A stretch of 64,000 bases of DNA from the human T2T-CHM13v2.0 reference genome, Homo sapiens (GCF_009914755.1 NC_060936.1); one strand, 5' to 3'; positions 12,701 through 31,352 are shown, numbered from the stretch's first letter. Numbers and translations: made by a program. The notes: generated by a model from the letters alone, not told the origin.

Positions 12701-15305
12701 ACTGCCATTATAGCTTATTTAAGCAGTCTTCTGGTGAAAATATATTCTATACATAATGAGTTCAATAATCCTTCATTAATAGTTTAAAATGTCAAAAATG
12801 AAAATTAAATTAAAATTATTTGCATAAAATTGTAAACTGTCCTTCAGTGTGGGAAATATATTTTAAAGTATTTATTGTATCCCTAGAAAAAGAATCTTTC
12901 TTAACGTTTTGCAATCTTGAATATTGGGAAATCTTTTAAAAATTATTTGGCAGCTAAATTTTAGACTGTCTCTTCCTTTACCTTATACTACTAATAAAAT
13001 AAGTTACTATGATACATTTAATGTATATTATTTTGACATATTTAAAAATACAAGTCAAACATTATCAGAAGATAATTGGCTCATAGATAAGGAATAACAA
13101 GGACGATATATAAAAGTCAAATATTTTATAAAATTTTTATCAGTGAGTTTTATCAGTGAGTTTAAAACTCACTGATAATTCAGTGAATATCCACATATAC
13201 ATTGAGTGCTATGTATATTTCAAACACTGTGAAACACAAATGAGAGATACAGAAATAAAGTTTTGCCTATTAGAAAAATAGATTTTTAAAAGATAGCGCT
13301 ACATTGATGAGTTCATAGAGAATTTAGGATGTCTCAAACAAAATTAATTTATAAAATAATATAATATTTTTAATGGGATTTGGTCATATTATCAAACATT
13401 AAAATTATGTCCTCATTGATGCCACAGTCTCTAAGGAATTCTTCCTGTGAAGTTAATTACAAGTTTTCCTAAGAAAACAATAATATATGAATATATTATT
13501 CTGTAATTTGCTCTTTTAACTTAACAATATATGTTGCTCAACCTAAATATTTACATTTGATCCCAGAGTATTGACTTACCAGAATTTAATATTTCTTTTA
13601 CCTTTTTTGTATTTCAAATAAAGTATAATAAAAATCCTTTTAGCACAGTATTTCTATGTGATTAAACTTCAATTTCTATTGGATCAAGGCCTAGAAAATA
13701 AGTTGCTCATTCAATGCGTATATATACTTTAATGTTTAAAGATGCTGCTAAACGAATTTCACAAAGTTTTGAGTGAAGTCCAATTTTATTGGAAAAGTTA
13801 TGATTGCAACACTGAATATCATCAATCTCAGATTTCTGTCAACTTGATTGTTTAAATAGATCTCATTATTTCAATCATCATGTCCACGATGGCTTGTGAA
13901 GTGGAGCTATTTTCATTGATAGTCATTTGCATTTTCTCTTCATTTTATTAACATATATAAGTTTTTATGTAAAGCAGCAATATTAACTTCTTATCTGTTA
14001 AATATCTCATATAGCAGGTTGAGCCATGTGTATTTGTCAATTAGTGAAAATTTTTGTTCTACATGAATGACATTAGAGTATGGTTCAACCATTATTTTAT
14101 CTCAGTCTATTATTTGTTATTTGAATTGCTTATCACTTCTTTAAAAACTAAAATTTTAATTTAATGTAATTTGTACTGTACCTATATTCCTTTATGTTAT
14201 ACTTAAATATTATAGTTTTATAGCTTTGTACATAGCATAAAATGGGACTCTCCTTTCTTTCCAAGTAATAGCTGCTTTTAGTATTTCAAAATTAATTCAT
14301 TATTAATAAATTTCCACTTATTTGTAGGACTGGAAAAATGATTCCAAACTAAAATTCCTACAGCCTTTCAGAGTTAATGTAACAGTTTAATTATTGTTTA
14401 ATTATGTGTAATGCATTGAACTAGACATTCTTTTTGTCTATGACTCCTAAATAACGTGAAATGTAAAATGATCAAAATGAATTTAAATTTTACAAAATGA
14501 TACTATAAAAACATATTACATTAATTAAAAATGAAAAATTTTGCCTAAAGGTAAAATGCTATTTGCAATGGGAAAATGTTATTGATGGCTATAATTTCTT
14601 ATGAGATTGACATATTAATAATTTAATGAACCATGTGATGACTTGAAGTTCTCAGCCTTTTTGGCTTCTGAAACCTTTGCTGTCTACAGGATATTGTATT
14701 ATCACTTGTCTTCATTTTTCTTTAAGGCATCATGAAGACTATCTCCATACTTTCCCAAATAGGCTCCATGTTTTATTTTTTTTTATTTTTTTTTTTAATT
14801 TTTCTTTTTTTTTTTCATTCCCCCACTTTATTGAAACAATTTTCACTCAACAGATGACAGGCTGCAGCTTGAGGAAGAGCTGATCACCTTTTAACTGAAG
14901 GTGATGATTATGACTAATACTTTTTAAGCCCTTTCATGCAACATACATCTTCTTGAATTTCTCACAACACTACAAGGTAGGCACTTTTTTTTTCCCTTTT
15001 TTTTATTATTATTATTATACTTTAAGTTTTAGGGTACATGTGCACAATGTGCAGGTTAGTTACATAGGTATACATGTGCCATGCTGGTGTGCTGCACCCA
15101 TTAACTCCTCATTTAGCATTAGGTATATCTCCTAAAGCTATCCCTCCCCCCTCCCCCCACCCCACAACAGTCCCCAGAGTGTGATGTTCCCCTTCCTGTG
15201 TCCATGTGTTCTCATTGTTTAATTCCCACCTATGAGTGAGAATATGTGGTGTTTGGTTTTTTGTTCTTGCGATAGTTTACTGAGAACGATGATTTCCAAT
15301 TTCAT

Positions 15306-18884
<3,579 letters not shown>

Positions 18885-19148
18885 TAAAGCAATATTACTT
18901 GGAAGTAAAATGTTCCCAAGCACAAACAAAAGCACAAGGCCTAAATCAGATGGCTATCCAATGATTCAAAATATGCTTCTGCATTTCATTATTCAAATTA
19001 AAACAATACAAAATACAAAATGTAAACATTATTGTAGAGAACTTCTAGAAGCATAAAATTAAGTCCAGGGAACACTTCGTAGGATGCTGATGGATGCACC
19101 TCTCTCTGTTTCCCTTTAACAAAGGGAGAGGAGTACAGCTGTGTGAAT

Positions 19149-19175
19149 TAAAACAAAACAAAACAAAACAAAACA
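19149..19175. repeat. (AAAAC)n microsatellite
   Basis: aaaacaaaacaaaacaaaacaaaaca. Confidence 0.85.
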
Positions 19176-21259
19176 GTAAAAACAGAATACATGCATTTCA
19201 CACCAGTAAAATGTAGATACTTCCCTAGGTGCTCTACAGCCGCGATTCTCTAATAAACCCTGTGTATGAACATTAATCATGACCATTTACCAAGGATGAA
19301 TTTCCCTGAACCACACAATTATTAGGCATGAGACTTAGTTTTCATACCTAAGTGTGTCTCTTTCAAAGCCCCTGTCTTTCTGCTTTCAACCCTGAAGCAA
19401 TAACTTTCAGCTGAGTGTCTGCTATTTAACTGGTTCCTGCTCACTACATATGGCTTCATTTCACTGCTCTTATATTTGCTGAAAAATGTTAGAAAAGGCA
19501 AACAACTTATTGACAAAATGAGCCTATGGCAGTCAATTTAATTCCAAAGCTCTTTCAAAACCCTGCCAGTAATCTTAGCTGCTTTTTCTTATATACATAT
19601 GGCTCCCTATTTTCAAAAAATATATTAAAAACATATTTTGTCATAATTAACAGCAATGTGATTATGCAGATGGCTTAAGCTTACACAGGCATACAACAAA
19701 ATGACATAAATACAGAAACAAAAAAAAATTGAGAGATCAGACTGGAATGTTTAATTCCCTGAATTTTAACCTAGATTGAATTCAGTGGTACTTTCAGCAG
19801 AACTCCCTCCTGCTTTACACCTGAAAGCAGATGGAGGCAGATTGCATTATGAGTTCAGTCCTTTCAAATTACAATAGTTTATGATGCTCATCTGCATTTT
19901 AATCAGATACAAATGATTTATTCCTGAAATGCATCAAGAAGGCCTATTTTCAGCACTTGGAAATGCATCAGAAAGTTTATGGCCAATCAAGTAAAATATG
20001 GTGCATATTTTAACTTTATATCTATTTCTTGGGAGTATATGTTACATGGACAGAGGTGTCAGCTGTTTTATTAGTAGCTGTGCATAATCCTTTCAAAATA
20101 GGGATGGAGAGGTGGTTTCATACTCAAAAATTATTTTTATTAGAATTAACTCATTTTAAAAGGAGTTGGGTTTTGTCATTCAATTTAATAATCATTTACC
20201 TAAAATGTTAGTCTTAATAACAAAGTAGTTAGCAAATAGTAACTTCCATCTACTATAGCCTCCTTAAGATCAAATAGGACTTGATCAGCATACATCCAGT
20301 CCCTGGAAATTAAGTAGGGCATCAGATCTATGATATTAATAGAATAAGTGAGGAGATTTTAATGTTACTATTTAGAGGATACTATTTATTCACTTTTAAA
20401 ATTTATGGCAATTATGAAATTAAATCATTTTCAATATAATACCTCTGCCATATTGAATAAAATACATTTTAGTTTTCCACCTAGTATTTGAATGATTACA
20501 AATTTTGCAATCTGCTTTGTTATTTTTTAATTGATTTTTACATACTAACTAAAAGGGATATAAAATGTAATAAATTACTAAGGTCCCAAAACAAATATCA
20601 AAATTAAAGAGAATACTTAAGAACTCATTATGTTGAAAAGTATGTTTTTATGAAGATGATATATTTAAACTAATACACATAAACTTGTAATATTTATACC
20701 TTTAGTTCAATACATTTTAAGCAATAGATATACAAATGTTCCAGAATTTAAATCATCCCAGGTTATTAATATATTACCTTTTGCAAATTTAATTATATAA
20801 AAGCATTAATTATTCAAATGAAATTCAAAGAATCATCTCATTTTTTCTGGTAATCCAAATTGTTTACTTATCTATAGTTTCTCAAATGGTAAATTACTAT
20901 ATTACCTTTTTACCTGTTTAGATGTTTACTGATCTATTGTTAAAAACCAGCAAAGACAAAATGTTGTCAGCAAATTAATAGTATCTTATTTCTGGAAAAA
21001 ATTATGAAGTCTTTGTTATTTAAGTCTTTCATTAAATAAGTGTACATATTTTAAAAATGAAATTGTATTCATCAATTTATAGTAGCATGGAAAAGACATG
21101 GCAGAAATTCAGTTCTTAAGGAATCTTAAGTTAGGAAGCAAATTAATACCATTTCATTTTGTAACTAAAGGTCTAATATTTATTTTATCAGAAGTTGATT
21201 GAACCAAATCAAGTATGGACTTGGCTCTTTGTAGAAAATACAACATAGAAGATATCATT

Positions 21260-21480
21260 AGTGTGATGGAAGCAGCTGTGATAGAACATAATCCATATAT
21301 TTTGATTAGAAGACATGAATTTCTTTCTACTTTATCTACTTACTGTGTGATTTTGAACACGTCATTTGGCCCCATTGAGACTCAGTACTAGAATGAGTAT
21401 TATCTTTTTCTTCAAAAACGGCTGTGAAAATTTACTTATATAATTTATATAAAAGTGTTATCAAACTGTATAATTGGTAA
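21260..21480 (+). mobile_element. MIR remnant
   Basis: tacttactgtgtgattttgaacacgtcatttggccccattgagactcagt. Confidence 0.55.
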
Positions 21481-22139
21481 AAACGTTAAGTTTCACATTT
21501 TTTAAAAAAAAGTATCATCAAATTCCAAAGTCTCTGTACATCTTCCAGAATCCACTTCCTATAGGTTTCTAATCAGATTTGTCAATGCGAGGCACATGCC
21601 CAATTTTAGGCGGCTGAAAGGGATATACCATTAAATCTGTAGGGAGAGGCAGCTTTAGCTAGGTGTATGTGCAGAGGTGAAATTCCCAGCTAGTGAACCA
21701 CTCTAGTGAGTCACTGGCCTCTATTCTTTAGACTGGGGTCTTTTGCTTATGATACCTCCAAGTTTAACTAATCTCTCCATGGTTTTTGCTTCTCTAAATT
21801 TTCCAATTATTGTGTAGTCTCTTTTTACCTGATATTAAATATTTTCACCTAAATATGTATTGAATGACTTCTGTTCTCCTAGCCAAACCCTTAATGATAT
21901 ATCAACATTTACCTTTATTGTCTATATCAACTGTTGGATTGAAAAGTTGCATAGCAGTCATTTGTGAACACAAAGTAATCAGTAGTATCAAGAGGTTTTT
22001 GGTTATATAATATCATACTTAATATTGGCACTGTTTATAAACTTTTCACTTTGAAGCTATCTTTTGCCTTGTCTTCCTTTAATTCTCAACATTTGTACTT
22101 TTTTTTTTCTTTCTAGATTGTGTTTCTCTGGTTTCCTTG

Positions 22140-23520
22140 ATTTTTTATAGGAAGTTGTCCATTTCACCAAAGTTGTATAACTTACTGACATACAATTGTT
22201 CATAATATTTATTTGTAAAATAATCTCATGTATTTCAGGAAGTTCAGAGCAATGTCCCTTCTTTTATTTATGATTCTAGGAATTTAAGTATTTTTTTTTG
22301 GTCAAGGTAGCTAAATGTTGATTTTGTTAATTGTTTCAAAGAATCAGCTTTTGGTTTCATTGATTTTCTCTACTGTTTTTCCATTGTCTATTTCATTAAT
22401 TTCTGCTCTAATTTTCAATATTTTCTACTCTCTGCTAGCTTTAGGATTAATTTGCTCTTTTTTTCCAATGCCAAGGGTTGAAGTTTAGGTTGTGGATTTG
22501 AGATCCTTCTTTTTCAATATATGCATCTGCAGCTATAAATTTCCCTCTAAGCACTGCTGTAGCTTCATTCCATAAATTTTGGTATGATGTGACTTCATTT
22601 TTATTCATTTCAAAACATTTTCTAATTCCCCTGGTGATTTCTTCTTTGAATCATTCCTTACTTAGCATGATGTTTAACTTCCATATACTTGTAAGTTTCC
22701 TATATTGATTTCTAATTTCATTTTATGATTATTGGAAAATGCACTTTTTATTATTTCTATTCTTTTAAATAGACTGAGATTTTTTTCGGCTGCATATTTG
22801 TCTACCCTAGTGTTGGGTGAGGTACTCCACAGATTTCCATTAAATGTAGTTGGTAGGGATTTAGAGTCTCTGTTCTACGTCATGCTTCTCCAGGCAAAAT
22901 CTCTGAACCATACCTCTGGTGGTGGGAGTAGAGACAATGTCATGCTTTTCTCATGGTGACACCTCCACTTTAGGAACTGAAAATCTGATAGATAACGAAG
23001 GCAGCAGCCCCAAGATTCCTCGGCTTGCTTCTCCTAGCATGGAACCTCTGCCACAAAAGCCAGGACAATGGCGGTTAGGGTTCCAGTATACTCCGCAGTA
23101 CTGTGTCCAAGGCAGATCGTCTGCCTCTTAAGTAGGGAGTGAGAAGAACAACGGTGCTTCCACTATTGAACTGTTTTCACCAGGAACTCAGCTTCAGCGA
23201 TATGTAGCTAGGAGTAGTGTGAGAATTGCTGATATCTTACCCTCCTGAAAGAATACTTCTCTGACTGGGAACTTGAGGGAAAGGGAACTCCATATAGTGT
23301 CTGTATCAGTCTGGAGTGCAATTTTCATTTCACTAAGCTGGGAGGAGTTGTTTATCAATTTTAGTATATTTAAAAAAATAAGTGTTTCTTCATTTACTGT
23401 ATGTTCTCAGGGCCATTGACTTGAAATGGTGGTTATTTTATAATACTCACCAGTTTCGCTGGGAGTGAATCCCTAGAGCTCCTCAGGCTATCATGCTAAA
23501 AGTGGAATTCTCCTTTCTTG
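22140..23520 (-). mobile_element. Ancient L1M fragments (ORF2 part, then probable 5' region)
   Basis: Antisense ORF2 motifs (caaagaatcagcttttggtttcattgattttctct; gctataaatttccctctaagcactgc); the part after ~22800 is less certain. Confidence 0.7.
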
Positions 23521-23624
23521 ACTTTTAAAATCCACTTGTTACAAAATACATTATGTTTTTATATTAGGTAAATTCTAAGAAAAACTGCTGAGAAGAACAG
23601 TACATTCCCATTATTTTGCTACCG

Positions 23625-23971
23625 TTCAAGGAGAGAAATTATTTCGCCAATTAAATTCAATGGGGTTTATTTGAGCAATTAAAAGCAAAATGGAACAAAA
23701 TAAAAATGATTCATGAAGCAGACCACTCTCAGATCCAAATCAGGTTCAGAGAACTCCAGCTAACTATGTGACCTGACAGCATTTATAGAAAACATAACTG
23801 AGACATAGAGACAACTAAATTGGTTACAACAAAATTGGTTATTTGGTTACAGAGCTTCCTGCAATTACCTAAAGCTCAGCTACTGTGATTAAACTTTATA
23901 TTGGTTTGGTCTGTTGGGTCCAGTGCAGGAGCCCAGTCTAAATCTGTGGCCTCCTGTAAATTTTATTTAAC
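23625..23971 (-). mobile_element. ERV1 LTR, MER31/MER67-like
   Basis: Reverse complement begins gttaaataaaatttacaggaggccacagatttagactgggctcctgcactggacccaacagaccaaacc. Confidence 0.65.
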
Positions 23972-24069
23972 TCTACTGTCTAACTTTGTTCTACACACAC
24001 GGTCCTCAGAGCCCCGTATTATGGGGTCATCATTAAGGTTATTTCCTTATGATTTAGTACATTCTATTC

Positions 24070-24230
24070 CAGTGCTTCTCAAAGATTAGGTATGCACAAC
24101 AAACTTTAAGATCTTGTTAAAATAGGTTCTAATTTAGGGAGTCATGCTGGGCCTAAGATTGTTATATTTTTACTAATCTCCATGTGACACTGATGCTGCT
24201 GGTCTGTGGATTACTCTTTAAGTAGCAAGG
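24070..24230. mobile_element. MER5-like hAT-Charlie MITE
   Basis: cagtgcttctcaaa ... ctgatgctgctggtctgtggattactctttaagtagcaagg. Confidence 0.7.
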
Positions 24231-24269
24231 TTTGGTTCATCCTTAAAAACCTAAATAACCGTTCTTTTA

Positions 24270-25835
<1,566 letters not shown>

Positions 25836-26060
25836 TGTGAATTAAAGATGATAAATCCTAAGCCCTCTACTGAACTGACTGAACAGATCCCCTTGTGGCT
25901 TAGAGGCCCCAAAAAAGCTTAAAACTAAATTCCTGACCATAACAGCATGGAAAGTCATACAAACTTCTTCTTTTAGGGTCTAGACACAACTGAGCATCAT
26001 TAATGTTAAAACAGATATCATAAGATGGACAGAACAGACTCTTTGTGGCAATAAGATCTT
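25836..26060 (+). mobile_element. MER4-type LTR, 5' part only
   Basis: tgtgaattaaagatgataaatcctaagcccta-like start and acagaacagactctttgtggcaataagat. Confidence 0.7.
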
Positions 26061-26370
26061 ACAAACACCATAAAGTTTTCAGTTTATTTTAAAACTACTC
26101 TTAAAATTTTGGCTCATGATTCTGACAACAGGAATTCTAATCTATACAGTGGACAGCAGTCCTAATATATTCATGCTACATGCCTGAAATCCTGGACCAG
26201 GAACTGGTAAATACTTGTAGGTTACTGCCCGGCAGTTTCATTCCTGTAATTCTGACTCTTACCCTAACTCTTGTCCTTGCCAGCAAGAAAAAGCTAGAGT
26301 GCTCTTCACCCAATTCCCACCATATTAGCTCTTGCCTCCAGATTGACATATGATAAAGCCCAGGGGGAAC

Positions 26371-26980
26371 CGAAACCATCCCTGTAAACTTTATAAAATT
26401 AATCAGGGAAAAAGGAAGAGGGAGAAATGAAAATAAACCAAGCTTGCAGCTCATGCAGCATTAATCATTAGGCCAGGTTGTTGTCTGACTGGATTTCCCA
26501 CAGTTGTGTTGTCCCTATTGCCTCAGAATCATGTAGACTCTGTTAAAAGATTATAGTTCTCTTTAACTTTTGTATAGATAATAATTTGAACATTACATAA
26601 TGTTAAGTTTTTCCTTTCTGATGTTCTTTCAGGTCCTGCATACTGATGAAACTACTGACTCAGCTGGTTTGAACAATCCCCACAGATGCCAGCTGATCTG
26701 AAGGACCACACAGGAGCTGACTTACCAAAGAGTACAGTCTCTATATCCTGATGATTTCATCCCCTATTCCCCTCTCAATCAATCACCCCAATTTCCCAGC
26801 CCCCTTCCATCCACAATCCCTTTAAAAAGTCCTGTGGGAGATGGATTTGAGGGACTTCTCCCACCTCCTCCCTTGGCACCCTGTGATAACTAAACTCTTC
26901 CTCTGCTGCAAACCCTGCCATCTCATTGTAATGGGGCTGTTACTGTGCAGTGGGCATTCGAACTTGTTGGTCCTATAACA
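26371..26980 (+). mobile_element. ERV1 LTR, LTR26/LTR8-like
   Basis: Starts gaaaccatccctgtaaactttataaaattaatcaggg; ends gaacttgttggtcctataaca. Confidence 0.7.
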
Positions 26981-27180
26981 CTGACTCACCTAGAGCAACT
27001 TCAGGTCCTGCAAGCTCCATTCATGGTAAGTGTCTTATACAAGTGTACCATTTTTATCCTTTATACTTTACTTTTCTATGTAAAGAAAAGTAACTTTTCT
27101 TTTTACTTTACCATACTTTTACTTTTCTATGTTTATATATGTTTAGATACACAAACACCATTGTGTTACAATTGCCAATG
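26981..27180. mobile_element. Tigger3/MER7-like DNA transposon fragment
   Basis: ctgactcacctagagcaacttcaggtcctgcaagctccattcatggtaagtg. Confidence 0.75.
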
Positions 27181-28854
27181 TATACATGTTCGTAGAAAAC
27201 TATTTTCTTTAAAGATTTTTACTTATTTGTATGCAAGTTATTTGAAGTCTTTTATAACTCATTTAGTAGTGATTCACAATGTATAATTTATATATAATTG
27301 TAAAACTATCATAAAATAAACTCAAAGTATACTTATTCCTTTCATTGAAAAATAAAGAAAACATTAAAACCTTCATATATATGTTTGTGTATAGAGATAT
27401 ATGTATTTATACATCACATTTAAGTATATAATAATACTTCTTCCACCTATTTAGAAGCAGAGTATAGAAACAAATAGTATATTTGGTATAAATTTACTGT
27501 GAGCTGTGGTTTCTTATAAGATTAGGAAAAGCTAGTCTTTAAAACTTCAAAGGAAAGCTACTCTACTTTCTAATTGTGTTGATAAAAGTTAGCAAAAATT
27601 CCCTTCATCACAAAACCTAAACATGTAGTGTAATTATTTACACATCTGTTTCAACAATTATCATATAAGCTCATCAGGGAAATTCATTGTCTTCAGCTCT
27701 CTCTAAACTACCCTAAAAGGTATTATTATAGTAATTTTTCTAAAATTTAAATCTACTTGTATTATTCACGATACTAAAACACTTCAGTGCCTTCACAGTA
27801 CCTAATGGAAAAGGTTTAAACTTCTTGGAGGCAAAAGTCTTCTGCTTACTTCTTTTGCTTTATTTGCTGATATTCACATATATTCACATAGTAAAATAAA
27901 TAATAGACATTCTGTCTACACCATTTTGTTTAGCAAGGGAAGACTTTACACACTGAAATAAGTAAATAAATACTGAAGCTAACAGAACTAAGGGATTTAT
28001 GGATGGAGAAGAAAGAAGAGATGTTTCCTTTGAGGAATACACAATATACAAAAATAGTATAAGTACACCATTCCTTCTTCACTGCATATAAACTGCTAAA
28101 GGTAGAATGGGGAGAGTGTTATTTCTCCATTTCTGTCTATATGTCTAGTCTTGAAATCCAATTATTATATTTATCAACCTTAGAAGCTTAGACAAAACCC
28201 ATAGAGCCTGTAAGCCTATTTCTTCATATGTCAGATATGAATAATAAATGTATATACTGCACAATCTGGTTGATTAGATTAAAAAAGTAAGACATATATA
28301 TTTATTCACATTTTCCTGGCAGATTAGATGCATTAAAAATTCCAATCATTATTATCATTTTCATTACGTTATCTGTAAATATTACAATTTAACTTCTAGC
28401 TTATTGATGAAAAAATAGCCATTGGCAGAAATAAATACCTGTCTACAAACGCAAGATAACACAACCCAAATAAGATCAACATTTTAAAACATTTTAAAGC
28501 ATTATGAATGTACTTCATTTGATTTAGACTGCAAAACAATAGTGCTAAGTGAGAAATAAGTATGGTTGCTACTTGTTGCCAAATAATGGAGACTTACATT
28601 GTTATAGTGCTTTACAGTCTAAAGTATCACATATCTGAGCTCACAGCAGGGTGGTGGGGTGAACATTATCCCATTTTACAGCTGAAAAAAAATGGAGCAA
28701 AAGGATGTTAAATTCCTCTCTAAATTCACAGAAGTAGAATATAGTGTTTATATCGCATAACTTTGTGAAACATTCTTAGAAATGTATAATTAAAGGCATT
28801 AGGAGGTAACTTTTGGGAGAAATAAAAAGTGTATAGTTTTACATACTGTCTACT

Positions 28855-29580
28855 ATAGTTATTTATTCAAAAATATTTATCAAACCTGGACCATGTTCTA
28901 TGGACTCAGGTACCTCCATGAAGTACACAGTGGTTTTTTTTTGTTTTGTTTTGTTTTGTTTCCTTCTTGAGCTTGCAGTCCAGGGAAGGATATTGAAAAT
29001 AAACAAAAAAACCAGAAACAAATTAAACAATTTCACAGGTGACAAGTTCCATGAAAGTAGCAAACAGGGTGCTAAAAGAAAAGAAACACTTTTGGGGTAC
29101 TTTCTCTAAATCTAGAAAGAATGCTAAGGGAACGTCACCTTCTACAGGTTATATTTACTCTCTAGAAGCCATGAAGAGTAAAAGTGACAAGCAGGGAAAA
29201 CATTTCAGACAAAGAAGGACAGTTATGACAGGTGCTTTGTGGTGGGATATAAGTTGGTCAGTTGTGAAAAACTGAAAGCCTATTAGTGTGACTGGAGCAC
29301 AATGAAATAAGAAAGAAAGGCCCAGGTTGAGCCTGTGGGTATAGGTGGGACGTGCATCGGTAGCTGTTCATAAGAACTTACATTTTGTTTTATATTAGAT
29401 GGAGGCTCGTTAATGGTTTTAAACAAGGACATGATGTGATCTCATGATCTCATTTATAGTATAAAAGGTCATTTGGAAGAGAACATATTTGAGTTGTGGA
29501 AGAATGTCAGCAGGGAAATTAATTAGGATGTCACAAATCTCGTGAGGTGTGCACTGGGCTGTGATCTTCAGCAGCCTATC
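28855..29580 (-). mobile_element. L2 remnant
   Basis: tttattcaaaaatatttatc...ccttcttgagcttgcagtccaggg; gtgactggagca; aacaaggacatgatgtgatc. Confidence 0.6.
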
Positions 29581-29644
29581 TCTGGAGACTGGGCTCTTAG
29601 CCAGCACAAAGTATGGCCCATCTAAAGAAGCATTTTCATCATAA

Positions 29645-31352
29645 TGATGGCAGCAGTGGCCCGGTTGGAGCAGCCGCTGTGAAGACACAGCTCCAGTGAG
29701 GAAGGCTCGGCCAGGGCTGCGCACTCTGCGGAGCCAGTGGGTGCTGGAAACAGGTGATCCCAGGGGAGCCCTGTGCCCTACTGAGTTGGTGGGACAGGAG
29801 CTTGCGTTCCCGCTGCAGCCGCCCAGCCATGGCTTTGGACTCCGGCATCCCTGTACTCTCGGGGCCGGGAAAGCCCCCGCCTCCACAGGCTCAGAAGTTC
29901 CTGTTCCCACTCCCTGGCCCCTCCCTGCTCCCAGTGCCTGCTCTGCAGTGGAGCAAAGTTGCGACTATGTTCTGATAGCCGAGCCCAGGCGCTGTAGCGA
30001 CCCAGCCAGGTGTGTGCACACTCGCGGTAGTGCTGACACGCCAGCTCCCCGCTGTCTCGGCCCCCTCCAGAAACTGCTTCTGAGGCTGAAATGTTGGGTG
30101 CTGATGAGCATGGAAGAGAGGCTGGGGGCTGACGGTGGCTCGGTGCGGGCCTACAGGCACCCCTGGGAGCAGTCAGCCTGGGGGCCATGAACGGCCTGTT
30201 GATGGCAGCGGGAGCAGACAGTTTCCTAGGTGGGAAGGGGTGTGTACCTGGCAGGTCCTGACCTTCAGGCCTGGCGGCGAGACGGCCATTTCCGGATGGA
30301 GACCACAACCGGGAGTGAGAATTTTTTTTGATAGCTTTTGGCCAATGGAATGGTGTTTTTTTCAAGCCCTCCCATGGCCACCTGTAACCAATCAGCACTC
30401 ACTTCATCCTACCCGTGAACCAATTAGCATGAACTTCCTCCATCCTGAGCCCCATAAAAACCTTGCACTCAAGCCCCTGGGGACTACTGCCTGTGGATAG
30501 CGGTTACCTGTGTCCGGTCTCATCTCCTTTGAGAGCTGTATGGTCACCTAATAAAGCTCTTCCCCACCTTGCTCACCCTCCAATTGTCTGAGTAATCTCA
30601 TTTTTCCTGAAGCAGGCCAGGAACTCAGGACCCCCAGACTGCGGGAGCGAAAGAAGCTGTAACATTTCCCTGCTGGCTCACTGAGCTGTGGGCTGGAGCT
30701 AAAAGGCCTGTACCACTATTAACCCTCACACCCTTTGCCAGCGGCCACCCCACCCAACCGGGAAGAAGTGGTGGGGCCGGAGCGGGGCAGAGGGACTGAA
30801 AGAGCTGTAACACAAACAGGCTAAACACACACACCCCACCCTCATCCACTTGCTGTGGGCGACAAGGAGAGAAGGTCTGAAGCCTTTCTGGGAGTCCATG
30901 CCTTCAGGCTCTCTGACCCAGGGCTGTAACATGCTGTAATACTCTCTTTGGGGCTCTGTGGTTCCTGGTGTCTCCGAGCTTTGGGGTGCCACCGCGTTCC
31001 CGTTGTCCAGAAACTGGCGCCTGCAGCGGAAGCCGCGGTACGTCTGGTCCAGTAGCAGCCTCGCATGAAGCCGGAGCCTGTGCTGGCACCTGGAGCTGCC
31101 CACCCCGAGGCAGCAGCCAGCATGCCTGGCTGTGCACAGTGGCCAGACCCGTGTTCATTTTCTCCCTTGCTGTTCCTCGCCTGGCTGACCCTTGGCAGGT
31201 GTGGGATCCGGGCTGGTAGCATGAGCCGAGCACAGCCTGCCGGGCCAAGTGGGTGAAACAAGCCCAGCAGGCACGGACAAAACTCAAGCAGAGGCGCCAG
31301 TGGCCACAGAGGTTTGTGGCTGGCGAAGCCATACCCTAAGGATCCTGTGACA
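29645..31352 (+). mobile_element. Full-length MER52-like (ERV1) solo LTR, 1708 bp
   Basis: TG...CA termini (tgatggcagcagtggccc ... aaggatcctgtgaca); 4-bp TSD ataa at 29641-29644 and 31353-31356; GC-rich; CCAAT motifs, cccataaaa, AATAAA at 30550. Confidence 0.9.

Noticed and set aside
29419-31332. Cluster of overlapping 60-206 aa ORFs on both strands
   Set aside because: They lie in or overlap the GC-rich MER52-like LTR, where stop codons are rare; no recognisable domain
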